Shown here in pieces: positions 11,861 to 22,030 of a DNA stretch of 32,208 nt (the first letter of the stretch is position 1; each line of letters starts with the position of its first letter). The position numbers and the translations under genes were made by a program. Under the pieces are notes generated by a model. The model made no database searches, was not told where the DNA came from, and saw only the letters and a list, made by a program, of their open reading frames with translations. The stretch is from Octopus bimaculoides (lineage: Eukaryota): NCBI RefSeq assembly GCF_001194135.2, contig NC_068981.1, forward strand, positions 36,403,343-36,435,550, read 5' to 3'.

Positions 11861-12781
11861 AATATATCATATATTCTTGCAGTAAAGGAATATTTGCATA
11901 TTCAAAGTCATGGGGAAAATAGTTGGTGAGCAAATAATGGTTGCTTTAATAAATAAATATTTTTTCATTTGCTTCAGTTGGAATAGAATCAATATGGAAC
12001 TGATTTATACATTTTATATGAATAGAAAGTTTCTGCACGATGTCTCAAGGGTTTTGGGTTATTAGATGACCTTTGTGCAATATCTATGCCAATACCTATG
12101 GGTACCAAATGTAACATCCATGTATACAAGTGAAATGGATTGAAGAAATGCAAAAGCTTTCTGTGATATTTTCAATACAGATTAAAGAATTGCTAGAGAG
12201 ACTATTTCAAAATCAAAAGATACTGCCTTTCACTTTTACATGATCTTTTAATTCTTAAACACTCTCGAAACATTATGAAGCTCTAAAGAATACATATATA
12301 TATTAAAAAAATGAATTTTCAATCTTAAATGATTCCTACTGCACTACTGAAGCAAAAGAAATGTGAAAATGAATTCTATATTCATTTCTTTAGTGCTGCA
12401 GCAAGTCTAATAACATTGAATTGTCAGGTCACCATTGAAGACTTCGGTTTCCTGAAATATATGTAGCTTAGCTCATCTCTTTCCAAGCTAAATGCATAAA
12501 ATGCACATGAAGATATAAGCTCAGCCAAAATCAAGCTGACATATAATTCATCGATAAATATATTACATCTGCATTTATATAAGAGATAATGATCACCTGT
12601 TGACGTAGTCTCTGAGAAATTTGGCAAGGTGGAATAAAAATGGTTTGGAGGTCTGGGAGGTGGAATCCTCTCAAAGTTCAAGGGGATGTGAGGTTTTAAG
12701 AAGGGAAGCCCTGGCAGATTGTTACAGACCCCTTCTTGGCTATCAGTAGACAGGTTGACTGTACCAGTATACAGGTTGACT

Positions 12782-12782
<1 letters not shown>

Positions 12783-12822
<40 letters not shown>

Positions 12823-12858
12823 CATATATATATATATAAACACACACACACACACATG
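12783..12858. repeat. (TA)n-(CA)n microsatellite
   Basis: Directly visible. Confidence 0.95.
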
Positions 12859-13859
12859 CATGCTGTTGGTCATGGAAAAAAAGGGTCTATTAGGGAATTG
12901 TGGAAGAGACATAATGATGACAGTGCATACTACTACTGGTAGTGCTGGGTTGTTCAGGATTTGTGGCTAGATCCTCCATATTCTATATGGTTGACATTGG
13001 ATTTAAGAAAGACAGTAAATTAATGTATTGGAGAGAGAAGTAGAAAATGTCTCATTGTTGAAAGACTAAAGTTGAGAGCAAAGTGAATATCCACTCACTG
13101 AATTGAGAAAATACTTGTTGTATGGTTGGAGTGGTTACAGTTGCAGCCATATTCAAATCAGGGGCATGTGGTGATCTTTCTGGCTGGGGAAGCAATGACC
13201 AAAATTTTCTGTCACATAGATATTTGAATCAAATTGACGTGTTCATATTATGCAGCTATTTTTAAAATAAAAAAATCACATTTTATATTAAGGGTGTTGA
13301 AAAAGTATAAAATATTAGTTGAATAAATGCAGAAAAAATCTGTGTTATCTTTCACTGCTTTTCTGATGGAAGCAGAATGTCAACTTGCTTCCCTTTCCTT
13401 ATGTGTTAAATAACAACGTAAGATTATATTATATCATAGGTATTACAAATTGACAGAAATTTAATCTAAGCATATAAGTGTTTATTAGCATCTAAAACTA
13501 TTTGTTATCAGCTCTTACGAGAAAAATATTATCTTTGTGGTATTTTTATTGGAAAAAAATATTAAAATATTACACTGAAAAGGATGCAACAGCTTGTACT
13601 GCTTCCCTTGCAAAATTTTTTTTGTGTTGTCTGCCACTGCTTGTCGTCTCATGCTAATTCCAACAATAAAAGTCTTGAAGCCTATGATGTCATGTAGTTT
13701 ATATTAATTTTACAGAACATTAGAAGAACAATCTTAGGAAAAATATGTAATATAGTTTCAATTTTGTTTCTATAATTTTTAAGTGAAGCATTGCTTCCCT
13801 TGCTTCCATGGACCACACGCTTATGATTCATATGGGGGTAACAAGGCAAAAGCATGCTA

Positions 13860-13861
<2 letters not shown>

Positions 13862-13924
<63 letters not shown>
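13862..13924. repeat. Pure (GT)n microsatellite
   Basis: Directly visible. Confidence 0.97.
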
Positions 13925-13927
<3 letters not shown>

Positions 13928-14029
13928 AGTAATTGAGCATTTTCTGGAAGCATTAAGGTTCTTAGCAGTGCTAGTGTGAACAATAATGTTGGAAATTACT
14001 GAAATCATTGAAATCAGCAGCTGATGAAA

Positions 14030-14280
14030 GTATATCATCATCATTATCATCAGCACCACTGCCATCACTATTTTACATCTTCTTTCCATGCTAGTATGGG
14101 TTGAATGGCCTGTCCAAGTCAGTTCATAAAAGGAATGACTGCACTCCCAGAATACTCAGATTACCACATTTTGGTTGTGCATTTCATTTTTGGCTTGATT
14201 TTTATGGTTGGATGCTGTCCAATCACCAACAACCTTACTAAGTATACTTTCTGCAGTTTATCATGGCACTCACACTAGAA
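14030..14280 (-). mobile_element. RTE-type 3' tail fragment, old
   Basis: (CAT)n tail; ttccatgctagtatgggttg hairpin; ggttggatgctgtccaatcaccaac resembles the reverse complement of the shared tail. Confidence 0.55.
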
Positions 14281-14422
14281 AAGTTATATCCTCAGCAAGG
14301 CAAGACTAGAGGTTTCTCTTGTTAGTTTTTTTTTTACATGTTTTCTGAGTGTATTGGGTACATTTTATTGTGGAATCAACTCAAGAGGGGCTCTTGGCCT
14401 GTATATTGTAAGAGCAAAGAGT

Positions 14423-14425
<3 letters not shown>

Positions 14426-14482
<57 letters not shown>
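14426..14482. repeat. (TA)n microsatellite
   Basis: Directly visible. Confidence 0.95.
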
Positions 14483-14483
<1 letters not shown>

Positions 14484-14514
14484 TGTAAGAACAAACAGTA
14501 CTCATATAGTCACA

Positions 14515-14705
14515 ATCTTGGCTGTGTGATAAAGCAGTTAATTTCCAACATGGTCTCGAACTCAGTCATACTGTGGAACCTTTGAAAAATGTCTTCTACT
14601 CTAACCTCAGGCCAACCAAAGCTTTGTGAGTAGTTTTGGCAAATGGAAACTGTAAAGAAGTTTGCTGTGTGTGTGTGTACATGTGTATGCATGTGTCTGC
14701 ATGTT
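14515..14705 (+). mobile_element. SINE family S2, 5' part
   Basis: tggctgtgtgataaag head; tgtcttctactctaacctcaggccaaccaaagctttgtgag...ggaaactgtaaagaag followed by (TG)n. Confidence 0.75.
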
Positions 14706-14849
14706 TTGTTAATGATTAAGCTATGGGTAATGACATTGCAGTTATTTGCCCAATTAACAAGCCATCTGCTGGTTTTGTACATTTGTAAGTCAATGTAATA
14801 TGATATTCCTGATTTGAAAAACAAATAAAGGTTAGTAACAAGGAGAGTA

Positions 14850-15040
14850 TCATCATCATCATCATCATCATTTAATGTCTGCCTTCCATGCTGGCATGGG
14901 TGGGATGGTTTGGCAGGAGCCAGCCAGGCAGAAGCCTGCATCAGATTTCTGTGACTGTTTTGGCAAGATTTTTACAGCTAGATGCTCTTCCTAACACCAA
15001 CCACCCAGTAGAGTGGACTTACTGCTTTTTATGTGGTCAG
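14850..15040 (-). mobile_element. RTE-type 3' tail fragment
   Basis: (CAT)n, ccatgctggcatgg hairpin (14886-14899), acagctagatgctcttcctaacaccaacc. Confidence 0.8.
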
Positions 15041-15225
15041 CTATAAAACAATGCCTCAGTACTATATTCCTCTAATTTATGCTGGCATGGGAAAATGAAC
15101 ATAAAAAGTAGTGTATGTATATATATGTTATACCCACACACTATACACACACTATACACATATTATACACATACACACATATATTATACACATAGATATA
15201 TTATACATGAACACACATATATATC

Positions 15226-15444
15226 ATACATCTCAATGTTTATTTCACCATGCTTGCAACATGGACGGTTGATCTTCCCTGTATTTGTGGCCTCTCCATT
15301 GCCAACTATCATGGTCCTTTGTCATCTCCCCAATAAGATGCAGCATCTTGAGCTCAGTCTTCACTGCTTTGTCCCCAATCATTCTCAGCCTATTCCACAG
15401 GCTCCATTCACTTCGAACACACGGAACTTCACCATACAGCTCTC

Positions 15445-15447
<3 letters not shown>
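15226..15447 (-). mobile_element. RTE-clade LINE, lineage C: extreme ORF2 C-terminus with short 3' UTR
   Basis: Minus strand gives ESCMVKFRVFEVNGACGIG and AVKTELKMLHLIGEMTKDHDSW, homologous to the RTE 'V.GTCGRG..VVK.DL..LGL' terminus; then ccatgttgcaagcatgg. Confidence 0.65.
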
Positions 15448-15485
<38 letters not shown>

Positions 15486-15620
15486 AAAGAGAGGGAGAAT
15501 AAGAGAGAGAAAGAAAAAGAGAGAAAGTGTGTGTGAATATCTGTACATATGTGTGTGTGTGTGTATGTGAATATTTATATATGTATGCATATGTGTGTGT
15601 ACATATATGCACATGTGTGA
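15446..15620. repeat. (GA)n and (TG)/(TA) microsatellites
   Basis: Directly visible. Confidence 0.9.
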
Positions 15621-16109
15621 GTATGTATGTTCATTTGAAGCTGATTCTTCAACCTGTTGCTATTCTGAGTTTCTTGGAAAAGCAATAGGTAATACTTTGC
15701 TATATGCATTGAGTACTTTCCAATTTGTCACTGTCATTCATTGCAAAACTGTTTTTATTTTCCCATGATTCCAAAGACATAAATACATTAAATATATATC
15801 TTTATTCTACATTTTATGAAAAATCTCCTTGATCAAGTAATATTTCTTTAACAAACACCTACTGTTATGTTGTCTGTTGATTTAAATTAGCTAATAAAAC
15901 TGAACACCTATTTTATTATTCATTAAAGATCTCCAATATAAAAATCTTCATTCTACTGATAATTTATATAGTGTGTCAACTGCTTCTTTAATGCAAATAC
16001 ATTAAAGAAGCCTCAGAAGCTTTTATAGGTGCAATCTATTAGGTTATAGTGAAACCATATCATTTGTTTTTGATCTTGACAACGATTAAAATTGCATCAA
16101 TTGAGTAGA

Positions 16110-16656
16110 CATCAATATCATCTTCATTTAATGTCTATGCTCTGTGCTGGCATAGGTTGGATGGTCTGACAGGATTCAACAGGTCCGAAGACTACATCAT
16201 GCTCCAATGTATGCTTTGGCATGATTGCTATGACTGGGTGCCCTTCCTAATGCTAACATCTTTACAATAAGTACTGGGTATATATTCTTGTGGTACCAGA
16301 ACTAGTGATAACAGCATGGAGCCTGCAAGACTAAGATCCCATCAACTGACTAGAGTTACAAGAGAGAGGAATTCAGTTTTCAACTATGGAACAAGGAAGC
16401 CAGAACAGAAAAGGTTTATTGCTGCAGAGGAGCTACTCTGTTTCTCAATTATGAAAGGGAGGGTGGGAGTGGTCAGGGTGGACCTCAAAATATAAGGTGA
16501 ATAGAAGTGAGTGGGGACAAGAAAACATGAAGTGTGGATAAATAGAAGTAGCAAGAGTGTATGGGAAAATAATAGATGGTTGGAGCTAGATAATGGATGA
16601 GAGGGTGAGTATAATGATATGTAAAGAAGGTGGGGTGGGTTAGAGTGAAGGGCAAC
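16110..16656 (-). mobile_element. Old RTE lineage-B-like 3' UTR and tail (distal part)
   Basis: Minus strand is pyrimidine-rich; tagtcttgcagg resembles 7563 ttgtcttgcagg; ends gcattaggaagggcacccag...cctatgccagcacaga...gatgatattgatg. Confidence 0.6.
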
Positions 16657-16673
16657 ATAATAATAATAATAAT

Positions 16674-17817
16674 GATAGAAGCCAGTATGCTCCAATCGAT
16701 GTGTAATATCAGTGTGCATACTCGGCAGAGTGTATGTACATTGAGAGAAAAGTTGGACCTAAGAAGCATCAGTTGTGGTGTGCAAGAGAGACGATTGCGC
16801 TGGTATGGTCATGTGGCAAGAATGGATGAGGATAGCTGTGTGAAAAAGTGCCACACCTTTGCGGCTGAGGGAACCTGTGGAAGAGGTAGACCCAGGAAGA
16901 CCTGGGATGAGATGGTGAAGCACGACCTTCAAACATTAGGCCTCACCGAGGCAATGACTAGTGACCGAGACCTTTGGAAATATGCTGTGCGTGAGAAGAC
17001 CTGGTAAGCCAAGTGAGACCATAATCCGTGGCCTTTGCCAGGGGTGTAGCCAGCCCACTTATGCACATCTTTCCTTCATTGGNNNNNNNNNNTCACCGAG
17101 GCAATGACTAGTGACCGAGACCTTTGGAAATATGCTGTGCGTGAGAAGACCTGGTAAGCCAAGTGAGACCATAATCCGTGGCCTTTGCCAGGGGTGTAGC
17201 CAGCCCACTTATGCACATCTTTCCTTCATTGGACACTAAACTCTGCTTGCAAAGACCTGTTGAGGCAAGTGAAATCGAAATTGAACCAAATTCAATGACT
17301 GGCACCCATGCCAACCTTTCCTTCATTGGACACTAAACTCTGCTTGCGAAGACCTGTTGGGGCAAGTGAAATCGAAATCGTAATTGAACCAAATTCGATG
17401 ACTGGCACCTGTGCCAGTGGAACACTAACAGCACCATCCAAAGTGTGATCATTGCCAGAGCAACTGTCTGGCTTCCATACCGGTGGCATGTAAATAGCAC
17501 CATTTGAGCGTGATTGTTACCAGCGTCGCCTTACTGGCACGTGAAAAAACATTCGAGTGAGGTCATTGCCAGTGCTGCTGGACTGGCTTCTGTGCAGGTG
17601 GCGTGTAAAAAACACCATTTTGAATGTGGCCATTGCCAGTACCGCCTGACTGGCCCCTGTGCCGGTGGCATGTAAAAGCACCCACAACACTCTTGGAGTG
17701 GTTGGTGTTTGGAAGGGCATTCAGCTGTAGAAACTCTGTCAGATCAGACTGGAGCAGCCATCTGGTTCACCAGTCCTCAGTCAAATCATCCAACCCATGC
17801 TAGCAGATGTTAAACGA

Positions 17818-17852
<35 letters not shown>
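16674..17852 (+). mobile_element. RTE-clade LINE, lineage A, 5'-truncated; least diverged copy; complete 3' UTR and tail
   Basis: Uninterrupted 16678-17007 EASML..QERRLRWYGHVARMDEDSCVKKC..GRGRPRKTWDEMVKHDL..DRDLWKYAV; UTR array; tail ggttggtgtttggaagggcattcagctgtag...gttaaacgatg-(AAT)n. Confidence 0.95.
17083..17092. other. Assembly gap (10 N) flanked by an exact 140-bp duplication
   Basis: 16943-17082 is identical to 17093-17232. Confidence 0.97.
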
Positions 17853-17854
<2 letters not shown>

Positions 17855-17859
17855 AAAAG

Positions 17860-18170
17860 ACAGAGGCAAAATGAGAGAGGATGGGAGAAAAGGATATCAT
17901 CATCATTTCTTTGCTAGCATATACATACACATATATATATGACATGTGGCTGGGTAGGTTGTAAGAGTTGTAAAAGTGCAGTGGATGCAGAAGAGGGAGA
18001 GAGGTATGGGTGCAGAGGAGAGATAATTTGGTGGCTCAGGAAAGTAGTCAATGTAAAATGTGAGCAGAGAAGAAAGTATTAAGAGTAAAAGATAGGTAAC
18101 AAGTGAAATGGTTCTATATTGTAAGAAGGGTAAGTGGTACCAGGGTGAAGCATCCTCACCATGGCCACTC
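17860..18170 (-). mobile_element. Old RTE lineage-B-like 3' UTR (proximal part)
   Basis: Reverse complement contains ttcttctctgctcacattt and cccagccacat, resembling 6950 ttttctcttcctcacattt and 7125 cctggccacat in the same order. Confidence 0.45.
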
Positions 18171-18189
18171 TGCTTTGTTGAATATCAAT

Positions 18190-19545
18190 GATTATATTGT
18201 CCAGTGTGTTCCTTTTTTTTAGGGCACTAAGGTGTGACGGGTAGGCTGAATAGTTCATAGATTGACTATGAAGGAGTGATGTTAGAGCTGTGATATCTTG
18301 CATGCATTAATTTCAACTCTTCTCATTAATTACTGCATTGTTTCTTTCTAGGTAAACTGACATCTTACTGTTCAAAGGAGACTTCAAAAGTAACTAGGAG
18401 CAACTTCTCTTGAAAACGGTCAAAATTTGGCATTGTGGTGTTATCAAGTAACTTTAATAAAAGAATTTAGCCCCAAGGACAATCATGCTGACATGGTTGC
18501 TACATTAGGGGGTGATGCTCCAACTTTATCAACAATACAAAAGTGACCAGCTGAATTTAACAGGGGAAAGGAGAGTCTTGAAGATGACCTATGGTCTGAA
18601 TGTCCTGCAGCTTCCACCACTGAGGAAAACATGGTGGTGGGTGACAGGCACTGGAAGGTAAATCAAGTAGCCAGTGTTGTTAGCATATTTTGTGAGAGAT
18701 TTGAGAATATTCTGCTCAATGAACTTGGCATGGCAAAGGTTTCTGCTCAGTGGCTGCCATGTATTCTGACACCTGAACAAAAGCACACCAGACTGACTAC
18801 ATTATGGGAAAATCTGACATTGTTCGAGTCAGATCCATCTGGTTTCCTTGTACATTTCCTAATTCAGAATGTGCGTTGGATTCATCACCTTGAGCCAGAG
18901 ACAAAGAGATAATGCATGCAGTTGAAATTCTCTGCCTCACCTGCTCCAAAGAAAGCCAAGGTTGTTTCATCTGTAGGGAAAGTGAAGACCTCAGTTTTTG
19001 GGGATGCAAGTGGCATTGCGTTTATTGACTATCTTCAAAAGGGTCACATCATCAATGGAGAATATTATATCAACTTGCTGAGACAGTTACAAAAGGCTAT
19101 CAAAACTTCTCTAGCAGCCAAGTCATTGGTTTCAATGGCTGCTGTGTATAACTGTGGTTTTGAACTGGTTGATCACTCTTCCTCTTCTGATTTGGCCTCA
19201 TCTGACTATCATCTGTTCTCCAACATGGACAAACATTCATCTGGAAAGCAGTATCACAGTGATGATGATGTCATATCTGCTGGTGATGAGATTTTTGTGC
19301 AACAGGATGAAAGCTTCTTCACCAATGGCATCCAAGCACTAAAACACTGATGAAAGAAGTGTGTAGACTGCAAGGGGGACTACGTTGAAAAATAAACCTC
19401 ATTTGGTCATATTCTATGAGTGTATCTTGTTCAGCATATGAAATTTTCAGCTAACATTTGTATATGATTAAATTTGGTTATTATTTCTTGCAGGTAGAGC
19501 AATCATGTAGAGGCTCTCCCATTGGCTCATACCAGTGCTCCCTCT
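18190..19545 (+). repeat. Family U copy split by the mariner (18190-18235 plus 19463-19545)
   Basis: Left flank attgtccagtgtgttcctttttttttagggcactaaggtgtga and right flank aaatttggttattatttcttgcagg are consecutive parts of the intact copies at 20100-20200 and 26197-26270 (reverse complement). Confidence 0.55.
18236..19462 (+). mobile_element. Mariner (Tc1/mariner, DD34D-type) DNA transposon, near full length, inactive
   Basis: Imperfect TIRs (gggtaggctgaatagttcatag / catatgaaattttcagctaacatttgta). Transposase remnants: KIWHCGVIK, WLPCILTPEQK, IHHLEPETKR, DYLQKGHIINGEYY, SSDLASSDYHLF. First Asp reads Asn (18868-18870); the DNA motif region is deleted; stops present. Confidence 0.93.
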
Positions 19546-19599
19546 GTTTTTTGATTTTTGCCAGTGTAGTGGTAATATACACAATTGGGGAATATGAAT

Positions 19600-19810
19600 G
19601 ACAATTGCTCTTGTGGCTGAGTAGTGTGTAAGACAATGGTAGTGTAGGTAGAGTTATGATAATGGTAGTGGTGAACTAAATTATGTTGCTGGTGATAATG
19701 GAGGTAGAGGTTGCAATGAAGATAGTATTGAGGATATCAATAATGATAATAATGATAAATAATGATGATGATAATGATCAGGATCAGTAAGACCATGACG
19801 GTGGTGATAA
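19600..19810. repeat. Degenerate (GGT/GAT/AAT)n low-complexity tract
   Basis: Directly visible. Confidence 0.7.
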
Positions 19811-20008
19811 ATTTACAGCTTCCTTTGGGAAATTATATTAATGATATTTGGTGTTTCGGTCTGTCACTTAAAATTCATATTTCAGCTTTATAGCTGATGT
19901 TGTAACAAAACTATTGTTAATGTTATCATTGACTCTGATGTTGAAAATCATCTTGTGTCTCTCTCGCTGAACAAACTGACTGTAATTGAGCACAGTGATT
20001 GTGTTTTC

Positions 20009-20205
20009 GTTGTTGTTTAGCCCTAGATCAATCCTAATTGAGCAGAACTCTGATCAAATGTACTCCATCTATGACCATCTCATTGTTTTCATCAGCCATA
20101 GTATATTTTAGATTATATTATCCAGTATGTTAACATATCATTGCTTGTTTTAAGATGGTAGAGTGTAATTAGGGGTAGCTCTTAGCTACTATTTCTAGCT
20201 CTCTT
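20009..20205 (+). repeat. Family U, near-complete copy
   Basis: gttgtttagccctagatcaatcctaattgagcag...attatccagtatg...aagatggtagagtgtaatt...ctatttctagc. Confidence 0.7.
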
Positions 20206-20419
20206 TTTAGCTTGCTAGATTGTTTATTGTGTCTATGTGTTTCATGATGACAGTGAATTAAGTTTCAGGGTCGTATAGTGAATATGGTTGAATATAAGAG
20301 CACACTTCTTCAGCATATCTTTCACTTCCTCTCTCACTTGAGGAAAATGAAGTGGAGAAAATGACAGTACTCTTGGAAAAGTTACCTAGTTTCAAGTCAG
20401 CAGTTGATGGAGGAAAGCT

Positions 20420-20560
20420 GTTATTAATGACATTACAACCATGACCTTTTCCTTTTTGCCAGACATAGCATGTCTAAGATTAAATTATCCAGTGATTTTT
20501 TTTTTACTTTTGAAGATGGTATGATGTGACTTGAGGGAGTATGATGTGAATTGAGGGATA
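20420..20560 (+). repeat. Family U fragment ending in a 20-bp tandem duplication
   Basis: caaccatgacc...attatccagtg...gaagatggtatgatgtgacttgaggga; 20519-20538 is repeated at 20539-20558 with one mismatch. Confidence 0.55.
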
Positions 20561-20623
20561 TTAATAATGAATATGCAAATTATCATACAGCAGGATTTAG
20601 CCAAACTATTGATTGCTTGAATT

Positions 20624-20681
20624 GTTACAACTGATGAGCCTATGACTGATAGGCAAAACTAGTCTAGTCTAGTCTAGTGAT
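20624..20681 (+). ncRNA. Type I hammerhead ribozyme motif, probably inactive (G12A)
   Basis: CTGATGA core (20631-20637); 6-bp stem II GCCTAT/ATAGGC; AAAA in place of GAAA; 5-bp stem III ACTAG/CTAGT; GTC cleavage triplet (20672-20674); imperfect stem I GTTACAA/TAGTGAT. Confidence 0.72.
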
Positions 20682-20994
20682 CCTAGTGATGCTCATTGTG
20701 TGGTTTTTCTCCCCTGTAAGTGTATATATATTGCATGCTTCTTACAACATCAAGAGTTTTTGACTCTTATTTTTTGCAATATAAGTGTTTTGTCATTCTC
20801 AGTCACAATTAGTGAAGATAAAATTTTTCCTATATGTATATATATGTATACATTATATATGTGTGCTTTTATGCTCCATGCATTCATATGACAAGGCAAA
20901 TAATGTAGTATTTGGTGCTCTGACAATATATCTACATTAAGTTGGATATAAAGATTGCCTGTTAGTATTAATACTGTTTCTGCCACTAATTATT

Positions 20995-21195
20995 ACACAC
21001 ACAAACACAGGTGCGCGTGCACATGCACACACACACACGCACGCACACGCACACACACACGTCAAGCTTCCATACAAACCATCTACCACTCACAAGGCAT
21101 TGGCCTGTCCAAGGCTATAGTAGAAGGCACTTGCCTAGGATACCATATAGTGCAACTAAGCTCAAAACAAAGTGAGGTTAACCATGCCTATTATA
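20995..21195 (-). mobile_element. SINE family S2, 5' part with (CA/CG) microsatellite
   Basis: actcacaaggcattggcctgtccaaggctatagtagaaggcacttgcctagg is the reverse complement of the S2 body at 14585-14635. Confidence 0.75.
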
Positions 21196-21924
21196 GTATA
21201 AGATATAAAAAAATGTAGTTGATTTGAAGAATCAGCACAGCAACAGACAAAATACCTTGTGTTGTTTAGTTGTCACTTTACATTCTGAATTAAAATTTTA
21301 AAAAAATAGCAGCAATAAAGTATTGGTATCAATAGCATCAATTGTTTCTTTTTTGTCTGCCTCCCCAACACTGGAAGTCTCTGGTAAAGCAGAAACAGTA
21401 GATTTCTCGATTATGTTCTCAATTCATGTCCCAGCAGGACTATGTCTCCTATCACTTCACTGTTATTTATATAAGTACTAGTAATATTCTGGATTTAGTT
21501 TGATTAATTATACTCCTTGCTTAAGAATGTTAACATTTTGCTAAATTTAAAAAAATTCTATTAACTAGCATGTGGAGTAAGGATTGACTGAAGGGTTAGG
21601 ATTAGACTCAGTATACTGATATATCAAGCTTCAACTGTATCAGTTCTAGGTTAAAATAGCTCCAAAGTCAATAAAAAGTTTTCTGAAATTGATAAAATAT
21701 GTACCAGTCATATATTGGAATTGACTTAATTGGCCATTACATTTGCTTTTCATGTACCTAAAAACAAAATAAGGGATTACTTAACTTGAAATTTTCTATA
21801 GTGCAAGCAATATTGCTTTACAGTATCTGACTTGAGTATTTAATTCTTTTGAGTGCTATATTCTTTGAATAATTCTTCTGAGTTCAGTTCTTCTTAGAGT
21901 TAATACTGTTTTGCTTATTCTTTG

Positions 21925-22030
21925 GGAATCAATAAAATGAGTATAAGTAAGTTACTGGGGTTGATTTAATTGTCTGTACCCAACCCTTCTGAAAATTAGC
22001 CTTGTGTCTAGTCAAAAGAAATCAATATTG
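21925..22030 (+). mobile_element. SINE family S1, 3' fragment
   Basis: ataaaatgagta...actggggttgatttaattg...gccttgtgtc resembles 29607-29660. Confidence 0.5.

Noticed and set aside
12432-12490. Minus-strand GATGAG...GAAACCGAAGTC, hammerhead-like
   Set aside because: CUGA is replaced by GAGA, the G10.1-C11.1 pair is absent and the stems are poor, so it is probably chance.
13030-13400. Possible pogo/Tigger transposase relic (EKILVVWLE; AEKICVIFHCFSDGSRM)
   Set aside because: Similarity is only by eye, the motif spacing is too short, and I found no TIR pair.
17493-17512. TAGCACCATTTGA (miR-29-like); also TAAGGCACG at ~27969 (miR-124 seed)
   Set aside because: Only partial matches. The first lies within the RTE array, and neither has a precursor hairpin.
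19493-19580. Apparent acceptor ttcttgcag followed by VEQSCRGSPIGSYQCSLCFLIF (C2H2-like start)
   Set aside because: The acceptor is the conserved family U terminus, and the finger lacks its histidines.
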